Source: a virus
Taxonomy: Duplodnaviria; Caudoviricetes
Virus record (IMG/VR): IMGVR_UViG_3300031993_000004
Coordinates: 96,001-160,000 of that record
DNA: 64,000 nt
Direction: 5' to 3' (one strand)
The position numbers and the translations under genes are program-made. The notes under the pieces were generated by a model, which ran no database searches, was not told the DNA's origin, and saw nothing but the letters and a program-made list of their open reading frames with translations. This document shows, piece after piece, positions 9,782 through 19,051 of the stretch. The number at the start of each line of letters is the position of its first letter. Within the stretch, counting starts at the first letter, position 1.

Positions 9782-11515
9782 TTACATTCTGCTTGTATTG
9801 AGGAACTGGTTTGCGAAATCATAGAAGTCTGATTTCAGAGCAGATCCAACATTGTATCCGATGTTCGCACCGTCTGATGCTGCAAGGATTGCTTTCGTAA
9901 CAAGACGCATAGAACCATTCACACGATATTTATCAACTGCACAGCATTGTGCGATGTAATCAAACATCGTGTGGTTGTTCAGCATAACAGACATCTTATC
10001 CATTGGAGACGTCATTAATGTATGCTGCAGATCAGTAACATTAATGGTCATATCAACAGATGTCGGATAACCATAAATGGACACGTCATTCCCATCCGGA
10101 TTCTTCGTAATGGTCAAACTGGTGACCAGGCCGAGACGAGTTCCGAATATACCAGGAATATTACACTGAACAAGTGGTGGATAGCTATATGATGCAGCTG
10201 AGTTCTTGGACATCGCTGGAAGAACCATACCGAGTGCAAAGAACATCGGCACCAAAATCTCTGTCAGATAAGAATATGGATCGCCGCCTGATGAACGAAG
10301 CTTTACAGTCATCGAAATCTCCGATGCATTAGATGTATGATTCTGGAAAATAAGCGGATAAATCGTATGATCGCCTTTGAATGAACGGAACATGGATGAT
10401 GCAAGTGATGCTGTGAATCTACCAGCAGAACCAAGATTTGACATGATCGATTCTGCAGTACTCACAACGTCATCAGTCAATTGCAACAGTTTATCATCGA
10501 GCGATGACGCTGTTGATGACGTGATAAACGCAATTTCATTTCCATATTCGTTACCCATGTTCAAAACAGACGAATATATTTTGGATTCTCCTGCGGAGTT
10601 TTGGTACGATTCTGTTATACCTTTCGGATCGATCATGAATGATACATATTGAGACGTATCACCATTCTGCGAATCCAACTCCTGTACAGTGCCGAGACCG
10701 GTAGTAGGTGTGATGTAACGATAGTTTGCCCACACATCGGATGCAGTATCGATCTTTGCGGTCGGACAAATGCTAAACATTTCGTCGCCAATTCGAACAG
10801 TTGCATCTTGTAAACCGAGCATGACAACCGCTGCATTGATCATCATCTTGACATTATTGATATAGGAATGCCAGTCCGAGTCAAATGTGTAGAACGGCTG
10901 TTGTACAGCCATTGATGTCAAGAATGGAGCCATCAGACGTCCACCAAACCAACCTCCGAGACTGGAATCAATCTGCTCAGATACCGTTTGCATATCAGCG
11001 CTAACATCCGTATCTTCGCCGATTTCGTCTTTCAGCAAGAATGAAAATGCGTTTGCCTTTTTGGTTTCGTAGTTCGCGGAATCATCATTACTCAACTCGC
11101 TGATGAATTTCTTGAGTTTGTTCCAGTTATCGACGAGCGTAGTCGCATTTGGTTTGAATGTTTGATTTCCGGTTGTACTATCTCCATATTTTTCCAATGC
11201 ATAAATATACTGTCCAGCTTGTGTAAGAGCCTGACGTACAGATGACATGCCACCCGTGAATCTTGCGCGACCAATAACGAAGTTTGCAACTTGTGCGTCA
11301 CGCAGAATGTGTTTCAGATAGAAATCACCAACGGGTCCTTCTCTGCCATTTGCCGCACTCATCGTGCGCATATCATTTAAGCTCGTCAACTGTGGAGGAG
11401 CTCCAAACAGTCTGGGAGAATAATTATGCAACATTGCAGTCGCTTGTTGCACTTGTGCCGGCGTCGGTTCTGCACTCGGTGTCGTTGCAGCAACTCCAGG
11501 AATGAGAAATCCCAT
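9782..11515 (-). CDS. Putative virion structural (baseplate/tail-tube-like) protein
   Basis: 577 aa; AAGGAGG RBS; late-type motif upstream. C-terminal G..TSLTITK..D.S..GYPTSVDMTINVTDL resembles tube-fold baseplate proteins of jumbo phages. Confidence 0.55.
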   Translation of the reverse strand: MGFLIPGVAATTPSAEPTPAQVQQATAMLHNYSPRLFGAPPQLTSLNDMRTMSAANGREGPVGDFYLKHILRDAQVANFVIGRARFTGGMSSVRQALTQAGQYIYALEKYGDSTTGNQTFKPNATTLVDNWNKLKKFISELSNDDSANYETKKANAFSFLLKDEIGEDTDVSADMQTVSEQIDSSLGGWFGGRLMAPFLTSMAVQQPFYTFDSDWHSYINNVKMMINAAVVMLGLQDATVRIGDEMFSICPTAKIDTASDVWANYRYITPTTGLGTVQELDSQNGDTSQYVSFMIDPKGITESYQNSAGESKIYSSVLNMGNEYGNEIAFITSSTASSLDDKLLQLTDDVVSTAESIMSNLGSAGRFTASLASSMFRSFKGDHTIYPLIFQNHTSNASEISMTVKLRSSGGDPYSYLTEILVPMFFALGMVLPAMSKNSAASYSYPPLVQCNIPGIFGTRLGLVTSLTITKNPDGNDVSIYGYPTSVDMTINVTDLQHTLMTSPMDKMSVMLNNHTMFDYIAQCCAVDKYRVNGSMRLVTKAILAASDGANIGYNVGSALKSDFYDFANQFLNTSRM

Positions 11516-11589
11516 AACGAGACCTCCTTCTATATAGATTATTAATTTTGGGTCTACAAAAATGAAACTTATCTAAAGGAGAGGATATT

Positions 11590-12435
11590 ATGAATTTAAC
11601 ATTTGTCAATCTTCAGAAGCCTGTTTGTTCGGATGATCTTCATAAGTTTGCAGATATGCTTCTTGAGAAAGGAATCATTAATGACAAACTTCTGGAAAGT
11701 ATTTACATTCCGTTGATTGTCCGTCCTTATTCAGCGGCTCAAATGATTTATCGTGCATTCTGGTCAGAGACGTTTCTCAGACGTGATTTCAAAACCTCAT
11801 ATCAAAACAGAGGTGACGGTGGTCCTGATTGGGTTATGGATGATTTGTTTCAAGAGCTTCCGCCTGAAGCTGAAGTCCCTGTCATGATGTCGATTTCTGA
11901 ATGTATCGATTTTATCTACAAGGCAACTCCCGCAGCTCTGCAAGAGAAGATTCCGGAAAATATAAAGTCGATTCAGAATATCTGGGATCTGATGCATTAC
12001 TTCTTCTTTGAAGAGAAGGATCCGAGACTTTCAACATATAATCTCACAACATTTTATTCGGTGTTCCATATGGAAGCGTTCGAGAACCGATACAAAGCTG
12101 ATCGCAAACGTATTAAGTTTCTCCGCAGTCTGATCAAAAAATATGACATGGATAATTATGGAACACTACTTGGATGTGTTGATGCATCAACGATTGAGAT
12201 TGATAAGATCATGGAACAATCTGATTCAGATGAAACAACACCCGCATATGTTCAAATGTCATTCCACGCAAACGTTGAAGAAGACATTGAAATCTTGTAT
12301 GATTTTCTGTGTATGAACGAATTCTCAATCACAGGTGTTGAATGTGATCAGACAGGTGTATATGTATCAGCATATTGCCAATGCCTCAATCACGATATAT
12401 GCAATTTCATTAAATCGATTTATTCTAATTTATAA
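11590..12435 (+). CDS. Hypothetical protein
   Basis: 281 aa ORF with AAAGGAGAGG RBS and a terminator downstream. Confidence 0.75.
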   Translation: MNLTFVNLQKPVCSDDLHKFADMLLEKGIINDKLLESIYIPLIVRPYSAAQMIYRAFWSETFLRRDFKTSYQNRGDGGPDWVMDDLFQELPPEAEVPVMMSISECIDFIYKATPAALQEKIPENIKSIQNIWDLMHYFFFEEKDPRLSTYNLTTFYSVFHMEAFENRYKADRKRIKFLRSLIKKYDMDNYGTLLGCVDASTIEIDKIMEQSDSDETTPAYVQMSFHANVEEDIEILYDFLCMNEFSITGVECDQTGVYVSAYCQCLNHDICNFIKSIYSNL

Positions 12436-12438
12436 TAG

Positions 12439-12475
12439 TATGGGGGCCTTCGGGTCCCCATAAAATATTTTTTTA
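12439..12475 (+). terminator. Intrinsic terminator hairpin
   Basis: TATGGGGGCC-TTCG-GGTCCCCATA followed by an AT/T-rich tract. Confidence 0.7.
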
Positions 12476-12497
12476 TTTTCAGAGACATATATACTTT
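12470..12497 (+). promoter_or_regulatory. Candidate early-type phage promoter (T-run...ACATATAT)
   Basis: TTTTATTTTCAGAGACATATATACTTT; the same architecture recurs upstream of about 9 non-structural operons. Confidence 0.5.
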
Positions 12498-12683
12498 GTC
12501 TGGAATGGGAGATGCTATGCACGTGAGACATAGCTATGAAAGTATCACAGGCATGAGAGCGAATAAGTGGATTGATTCGTTTACGATATAACTGACGTCC
12601 TGTTGCGAGGACTATCAGCGGTTATAACGCTTCTACTGTGAATCTCGAATCTATTCTAAATATTAGAAAGGATGGAAATACAA

Positions 12684-13823
12684 ATGTTAAATTCCTCAAT
12701 GCTTATTGCGGGAATCGCAGGCGTGTCTGCGCTGATCGGTGTGATTGTGAATTCCGTTCGGAATGATTTCAATCGTTTCGCATTTGAGAGATATGGCTAT
12801 TATCCGGATTCAAATCGTATCCCGATGCCTCAAACTCCTCAAATGGCACCGCAGCAGTGCACATATAACTTTGCACAGAGACAGCCGATGTCGATGCCGG
12901 TACAACAGCAAATCGTTCCGCCGTGTGCACAGAACGTATATCCCCCGTCTTATCCGTGGGGTGCAAATGCATATATCGCAACGATTGCAAATATGCCGAC
13001 CGTTCAACCTCAATATCCGCAGACAGCATATCAAATGCCCGGTCCTATGATGGCACCGAAGGTATATGATTATGACTTCAATAAGCGGAATGCCATGCTT
13101 CAAGCACAAGGCATGTCACCAGGAGGTACTGTAATGCCACAGTACCAAAACCCAACATTACAGTTTGCAACCCAGAGTGGTTATCCGTGGGCGAGACAGC
13201 CTGTCATGCAGCCCCAGATGGCAATGCCTATGCAGCAGAGACCTATGGATGTCACAGAAGTTTGGGCAAACCGTAATTTCACAGTACGTCCGTTGCCGAC
13301 GTATGCACAGCAACAGCCGGTTGCACAACCTGCTCCTCAGCAGATGGCTCCCACACAGCCTACACCGCCGGCCCCGGTAATCCCGCGACCCGCGAACGGA
13401 TGCCCGCTTCCGCAGCAGCCGATCTTTAAGACTCCGCCGCAGATGTGGGAGATGCCGGCAAAACCGGTATTCCCAAAGCAGCTGCAGTCCACACCGTCTG
13501 CACCGAAGTCGGCGTTTCCTCCGCTGACACAGATTGTTGATTCGACGCCAAGTACGCCAAGCAGTCTCGGACCTATCGGTGAAACCATGTTTGATTCCAT
13601 TCTGCTGAATCAAGCAAATACACGACCGGATCCGAATGCTGAGATTCCGGCACCAGATCCGGATATGCCAATCGAAATGGTCGATGATTCCAACATGCCA
13701 AAGTTGTCTGAGATTCGTGAAAGGAACGCTGCCGCCGCCGCGAAAGCACTCGCGGAAGAAGAAGCAGCAAAACAAAAAGCCAGCAACAACACAGGCAAAA
13801 CAAATAAAGAACCCAAAGGTTAA
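12684..13823 (+). CDS. N-terminally membrane-anchored Q/P-rich low-complexity protein
   Basis: Hydrophobic LIAGIAGVSALIGVIV segment, then about 300 aa rich in Q/P/M/Y with two YPW motifs and APQQCTY. RBS spacing favours ATG 12684 over 12672. Confidence 0.75.
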   Translation: MLNSSMLIAGIAGVSALIGVIVNSVRNDFNRFAFERYGYYPDSNRIPMPQTPQMAPQQCTYNFAQRQPMSMPVQQQIVPPCAQNVYPPSYPWGANAYIATIANMPTVQPQYPQTAYQMPGPMMAPKVYDYDFNKRNAMLQAQGMSPGGTVMPQYQNPTLQFATQSGYPWARQPVMQPQMAMPMQQRPMDVTEVWANRNFTVRPLPTYAQQQPVAQPAPQQMAPTQPTPPAPVIPRPANGCPLPQQPIFKTPPQMWEMPAKPVFPKQLQSTPSAPKSAFPPLTQIVDSTPSTPSSLGPIGETMFDSILLNQANTRPDPNAEIPAPDPDMPIEMVDDSNMPKLSEIRERNAAAAAKALAEEEAAKQKASNNTGKTNKEPKG

Positions 13824-13887
13824 TACAACCATTTACATTGATCGGATAGAGTCAGGCTATCTGATCACGTAAATAGTAGAGGAGGTC

Positions 13888-14307
13888 ATGACAATGATGG
13901 AAAATCCGGCAGTGGCTCAGGTATTTGATGGTATCGGTGCAGTTGTCGATGGCGGTCGCGCAATCGCAAACATGGCAACGAACACATTTGATATTCTGAG
14001 CAATATCGGTAATCCACAAGGCGGTGGTGGTCTGTTCTCCAGACGTGACTACAACTATCAGGCACCGCAACAGCAGATGCAGTATCAGCCGTCCACATAT
14101 CCGTGGGCAACCAGCCCGAATGTATACGGCGGATATCAAATGCAGCCGCAGGGAATCGTCGGCTATCCTGGTATCACGAATCCGAATTATGGTCATCCCG
14201 GATTTTACACCGGAACATTCAACCAGAACAATTCGGGATTGTGGTCATATAATAACCAGAATGCAAGCTCCAGCATGCCCACATGGGTCAACCAGATCTG
14301 GAGGTAA
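13888..14307 (+). CDS. Q/Y/N/G-rich low-complexity (prion-like) protein
   Basis: GAGGAGG RBS; SRRDY, QAPQQQ and TYPW motifs; C-terminal two-thirds nearly free of charged residues. Confidence 0.75.
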   Translation: MTMMENPAVAQVFDGIGAVVDGGRAIANMATNTFDILSNIGNPQGGGGLFSRRDYNYQAPQQQMQYQPSTYPWATSPNVYGGYQMQPQGIVGYPGITNPNYGHPGFYTGTFNQNNSGLWSYNNQNASSSMPTWVNQIWR

Positions 14308-14313
14308 TGGATT

Positions 14314-14682
14314 ATGTTGTTCGGTCAGTTTTGCAAACAGTTTGCAAGCAATGAGTTGATCACGGAACCTTTCACAGATGCCGAAACGGCTTCGGATGAT
14401 ATCAAAGCTCGCGCACAAGTGCTTTGCGACATCATGAAGCCGAAGATGGATATTCTGGATAAAGTTGAAGTGGTGTTCATTGAAGCAGCTCTTCAGGACC
14501 CGGAGTATGTTGAGTCAACGCTGGCACAATATAATCAAGGCGATATTCCGGACTATTTGTTCAAGAAATTCTCAGAGACGCTGTATCAGACACCTTTTCA
14601 GGAGTTGACATTAGAGCAGCAATCTATAATTAAAACCTTGAGCGCGTACATCTGTGTATCCGCCCAGGGTTCTAATAAATAA
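14314..14682 (+). CDS. Hypothetical protein
   Basis: 122 aa, in an operon, GGAGG upstream. Confidence 0.7.
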   Translation: MLFGQFCKQFASNELITEPFTDAETASDDIKARAQVLCDIMKPKMDILDKVEVVFIEAALQDPEYVESTLAQYNQGDIPDYLFKKFSETLYQTPFQELTLEQQSIIKTLSAYICVSAQGSNK

Positions 14683-14705
14683 CTTTCACGAGGAGGAAAA
14701 TCCAA

Positions 14706-15365
14706 ATGGCAACAAAAGCGAATCTCAAAAATCTTCCGGTTGAGCATTTCCAGGTGACGTCATCTGACATCGTCACGTACCTGCAGAACCAGCTGGGATT
14801 CCGGTTCGACTGTGACTTCCAGCTGTGGGATAACAGAGCTGAATGGGAGAAGCCGATGTCCGTGCATAAGTGCTACGTCATCATGCGCGCAATCTTCAGA
14901 AGTGAGGATATTCGCGTCAATGATCAGATTCAGTCTTATGTCGATCAGGTTCTCGAAGACAGCGCTGCAGGCATCCGCTTCAAGGACAATGTCATCAATG
15001 TGCTGAAGCCGTTCATGTTCCCGGAGAACTTCGCAACCGTCCGTCAGAATCCGGAGAAGCTCCAGCAGCTCGCGGAAATGGGCATCTACGGTGATCGTCT
15101 TGAGAGACTGATTCGTCGTCCGGGTCTGTTCTATGATCAGCAGACCAAGCGCTTCGGTCTGTATCTGCGTCCTGAGCTGATTATCAAGGACATGGCAGCA
15201 GATCCCGCAACAAACAAGACCGATGGCGTTATGGCATTCGGTTATGTCTCTGACGCATCTGGTAATGCTGCAGCAATCAGCTGGGGTGTCAACCTGTATC
15301 ACGGTCTGCACGCAAACAATGGTGGTATTTCCATCGATGCCGTCTTCAACAACGTACAGGCGTAA
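14706..15365 (+). CDS. Hypothetical protein (codon bias typical of high expression)
   Basis: 219 aa; GAGGAGG RBS; strong C-ending codon bias. Confidence 0.8.
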   Translation: MATKANLKNLPVEHFQVTSSDIVTYLQNQLGFRFDCDFQLWDNRAEWEKPMSVHKCYVIMRAIFRSEDIRVNDQIQSYVDQVLEDSAAGIRFKDNVINVLKPFMFPENFATVRQNPEKLQQLAEMGIYGDRLERLIRRPGLFYDQQTKRFGLYLRPELIIKDMAADPATNKTDGVMAFGYVSDASGNAAAISWGVNLYHGLHANNGGISIDAVFNNVQA

Positions 15366-15389
15366 TTTGTTTGCGCAAACAAATTCAAA

Positions 15390-15436
15390 ATATGATGAGT
15401 GGTGGGATTCGTCCCACCACTCCTCTCATATTTTTT
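15390..15436 (+). terminator. Intrinsic terminator
   Basis: GAGTGGTGGGA-TTCG-TCCCACCACTC with an extended stem and a T-tract. Confidence 0.75.
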
Positions 15437-15449
15437 GGAGGTGAAACGT

Positions 15450-16514
15450 ATGTCTATTCTGGAAATCAATGAAATGATCGACATGATGGAAGACCATTTC
15501 TCTACGAACTGGGGTATTCGAAATCATATGATGACTGTCGGTGGTGTAGCAGGCACACAGATATTCCAATATGCAATTGATGCTGCTTTGCGATATCATG
15601 ATATCAGCAAGATTCTGATTGTGGATGGATGTCAGGATTATATCGGTTTGCTCAGAAAGCCAATGCATAATTATGTATACTACATGGATCTATTCCAGAC
15701 AGTTCGAATTCAACAGATTGAGAAACAACTAAATCCATTTCATGACTTCCCAATGGAATTGCCGTGTTATTATCGGAAAACACTCATGGATCATCTGATC
15801 AACGGATACGATGCAATGATTATACAGAATGCACATCTGATTCCACCGGAATGCATTCAAGCATTTGATTCTTTTTTCTGTGGAAAGATCGTATGTATCA
15901 TCGATCCACTTGATTTCAATGGAAATGATTTCTGTGCAATCCCGACATTGTATGATTCTCTGACAAAACAATCACCAATGATTGCATTGGCACGCTCTAT
16001 GTATGATATTGATTCACGTTGTATCGATAGAAAGGTCAAAGGAGACTTTAAACGAGCGAAAATGTCGAAACGAAGCATCGGAAAGATCGACACGAATCAA
16101 TATGTAACCAACTCTCCGGACGTATTGAAACAAATACAGGCGAAACAGTTCCATGCGCCATACAGAAAGAATCAGAAGTTTATCGTTGCAACAGATGAAA
16201 TCACCGTTTTCAAAGATCAAAACGATGCTCTCATCAATGTTGGACCTGGTTCAATGTTTTCAATCATGTCTGTTACAAAGCCAATGCTTCGTTTGCGGCT
16301 TCATTCATCAAGAAGCCAATTTTATTCGACGTTGTCATACCGTCATACGGATATGGCGCTTTATGTCAAGCCTGCAAATATAATATCAATAGAGGACGCT
16401 GTACACCATAGATTTAATTCACTGATTGTGGTAATGGGTGACCAACCCATGTCAAATAGGTTATGGTATTCTCTTTTGAAGATAGCGAATAACGTAACAG
16501 TTGTAGACTTCTAA
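15450..16514 (+). CDS. RecD/Dda-like SF1 helicase homologue with degenerate motifs
   Basis: Start at MSILE (GGAGGTG RBS). SF1B motif order is recognisable: GGVAGTQIF, MIIQNAHLI, IIDPLD, ANIISIEDAVHHRF, LWYSLLKIA. Confidence 0.55.
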   Translation: MSILEINEMIDMMEDHFSTNWGIRNHMMTVGGVAGTQIFQYAIDAALRYHDISKILIVDGCQDYIGLLRKPMHNYVYYMDLFQTVRIQQIEKQLNPFHDFPMELPCYYRKTLMDHLINGYDAMIIQNAHLIPPECIQAFDSFFCGKIVCIIDPLDFNGNDFCAIPTLYDSLTKQSPMIALARSMYDIDSRCIDRKVKGDFKRAKMSKRSIGKIDTNQYVTNSPDVLKQIQAKQFHAPYRKNQKFIVATDEITVFKDQNDALINVGPGSMFSIMSVTKPMLRLRLHSSRSQFYSTLSYRHTDMALYVKPANIISIEDAVHHRFNSLIVVMGDQPMSNRLWYSLLKIANNVTVVDF

Positions 16515-16527
16515 TGGGGGCATACAT

Positions 16528-17217
16528 ATGTTATTTTTTGCCAAAAGGCGTGCTCAAAAAGAACGTGAGTTGAAAGACAAGCTTGCGTTGCATTCATTTG
16601 CAACAGTTGTCACAAGTATTGTGTCAGGTATGCACAATCTTGACAAATTGATGCAAAAGATGATGAACGCAGGTGATATATCATACGATTCAGCATTGGT
16701 TGTATATCGGTCATGTGAAGATTTATTTGCGTTGCTCGATATCTATCGGAATAACAAATACTATCATCATTGTTTTGACAATTTGCTCGAGAAGGGTATC
16801 GAGTCAATTAAACGAAGTGCATCACGTCTCAAAGATCTAACAGAGAATTCGCGAATCATGTATGAGAATTATAAACTCACTCGCAATGGTTTGGATACAT
16901 ATAAGGATCAGACCGAGATCGATGTTGATCGCGAAACACTTGAGGACATTCATCAACGATTGATGACATTAATGATGGAACATCATCAGGTGGTGTTTGA
17001 AATCAGGTTGACACAAATTGAGTTACGCTCAGTAATGAACGCAGTACGTGGTATTGTTGTTCGTGATTACATCACGATCAAAAGCGGAATTAACATTCCA
17101 TTATTATACGAAGATTACGAAACTCTTGTCAATAATCATTTAAAGCAAGAGATTCTGTTCGATAAAGTTGAGATACAGAAGATCTCTGCAAATAAAGGAG
17201 GAAAAGAACATGAATGA
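16528..17217 (+). CDS. Hypothetical helical protein
   Basis: 229 aa ORF overlapping the chaperonin start. Confidence 0.7.
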   Translation: MLFFAKRRAQKERELKDKLALHSFATVVTSIVSGMHNLDKLMQKMMNAGDISYDSALVVYRSCEDLFALLDIYRNNKYYHHCFDNLLEKGIESIKRSASRLKDLTENSRIMYENYKLTRNGLDTYKDQTEIDVDRETLEDIHQRLMTLMMEHHQVVFEIRLTQIELRSVMNAVRGIVVRDYITIKSGINIPLLYEDYETLVNNHLKQEILFDKVEIQKISANKGGKEHE

Positions 17218-18937
17218 CATGATTGCAGAAGAGCTGGGTTATCAGAAGCATTTCGATTTTACCCAGTACTCGCACGACAACAACGTGAATGTTATCCCCG
17301 AACAGGACTTCAAACGTCTTGTCGCAGATACATTCAGATGCATTGCGGATAACCTGCGGAACACGTATGGACCGTACGCATCATCTGTTCTGATTTCTGA
17401 TCAGAGCGAGACATATGCAACCAAGGATGGTTACAATGTCTTCAATGCCATCGGGTTCTCCCATACGTACAAGAACATGGTATATCTGGCAATCAAGAAG
17501 ATCATTGACCGCGTCAATCATAACGTCGGCGATGGTACGACTTCGTGTATTCTGCTTGCAGAGAAACTGTTCAACGAGTTGAATCATGCTCTGAAAACAG
17601 TTGATGACAAGCGGAACATCATGGACGTGTTGTCCAATATTGAGAAAGACCTTTTGAATGAACTGGTCATTGCACAGGACCGTACAGAAGGAATGATCAA
17701 GCCGCTGACAAAGGAATCTCTCGAGGGTCTTATCCGTGTTGCCAGTAACTATGATTCCGAATTGACCCATATGATTATGGATGCATTGAGCCCGACATAT
17801 GACGAAGACGGAAACGTTACAACGATCCGTAATATCATTGTTGATTCTGCTCTGGTTGACGACAGTGATACACTGACATATGATGTTGATTTTCTCCCTG
17901 GAGACTATCGCATTCGTGTTGAAATGGATCAGACGTTTGCGCTTACGTTTATGGAACCGCGGCCTGTCCGTGTTGCACTGTATGATCACCAGTTCGGTGC
18001 AGATGACTGGAATTTCTTCATGAAAAACTATGACAAGGTCACTGAAACTGTCATTATTGCAAGAGACTTCAGTCGTTCGTTCCTTGATCATGAGTTCTAC
18101 AAGTACTGCCGTGATCTTGCAGTGGTGAAGCAGCCGTGTCCAATTATCTTTGTAAAAATCAAAGGCGAATATGTTCGCGACGAAATCAAGGATCTCGGTG
18201 CAGTTCTTGGATTCGAACCAATCGGACTGTATGCAAAATCAGTTGATCATACTACGCTGCCGGTAAAGAACATTCAGGTTTTCAAAGGAAACTGCATGTG
18301 CTTTGATATGCCGAATCCACCGCTTGATTACATCGAGACCGTTAAGGCTGATGCAAAGGCAGATCTCAGTAAGAGCCTGACCAAGCCGCAATGGTACAGA
18401 GACAGAATCAGAGCTTTGTCCAATACGGCCAAGGACACGCTCATCGTCGTGAATGCTACTTCGTCTCTCGAAAGAAAGATGGTTGCAGATAAGATCGATG
18501 ACTGTATCTCCATCGTAAACTCTGCGATGACATACGGTGTTATCCCGAATCTGTTTGCGTATGGTCATTATCGCATTGGCGATTTCCATCCTACCGAACA
18601 CAAAGATCTTTCCGAAGCTGCACAGAATGCGATCATGCGTTCTATTGAAGGTCTTCTCAGAGACATCTGGGAATCCAAGCATGGTGCAGATTACGAGTCG
18701 AAGTGTAACACAATCATCAAGACGATGTATGCTGATGATGATACATACGAATCATTCGATATCATCAAAGAACGCTTCGTTCCGATCGACAAGATTCCGA
18801 CATCTGCACAGTACGATCTCGAGGTGATCGCCGCAGCAATCTCCATTGTGAAGTATTTGCTGACTGGACGTGCGTTGATCTTTGATGCGTTCATCATGAA
18901 GAAAGTTGATGACACCGGTTCTTATTCAAGGAATTAA
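17210..18937 (+). CDS. GroEL-like phage chaperonin
   Basis: TYGPY, TKDGY, VGDGTTS nucleotide-binding motif, and KIDDC at the catalytic-Asp position. Start ATG 17210 follows AAAGGAGG. Confidence 0.9.
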   Translation: MNDMIAEELGYQKHFDFTQYSHDNNVNVIPEQDFKRLVADTFRCIADNLRNTYGPYASSVLISDQSETYATKDGYNVFNAIGFSHTYKNMVYLAIKKIIDRVNHNVGDGTTSCILLAEKLFNELNHALKTVDDKRNIMDVLSNIEKDLLNELVIAQDRTEGMIKPLTKESLEGLIRVASNYDSELTHMIMDALSPTYDEDGNVTTIRNIIVDSALVDDSDTLTYDVDFLPGDYRIRVEMDQTFALTFMEPRPVRVALYDHQFGADDWNFFMKNYDKVTETVIIARDFSRSFLDHEFYKYCRDLAVVKQPCPIIFVKIKGEYVRDEIKDLGAVLGFEPIGLYAKSVDHTTLPVKNIQVFKGNCMCFDMPNPPLDYIETVKADAKADLSKSLTKPQWYRDRIRALSNTAKDTLIVVNATSSLERKMVADKIDDCISIVNSAMTYGVIPNLFAYGHYRIGDFHPTEHKDLSEAAQNAIMRSIEGLLRDIWESKHGADYESKCNTIIKTMYADDDTYESFDIIKERFVPIDKIPTSAQYDLEVIAAAISIVKYLLTGRALIFDAFIMKKVDDTGSYSRN

Positions 18938-18971
18938 TTTTTTCTTCGAAGATATATCATTATGCGGATAT

Positions 18972-19004
18972 GAGGGGGCTTCATGCCCCCTCGATCTAAT
19001 TTTT
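18972..19004 (+). terminator. GC hairpin (terminator-like)
   Basis: GAGGGGGC-TTCAT-GCCCCCTC; the T-tract is offset from the stem. Confidence 0.6.
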
Positions 19005-19051
19005 GGACCCCGAGAACCGAAATATACAAAATTTGATTAGGCGGTGATGAT

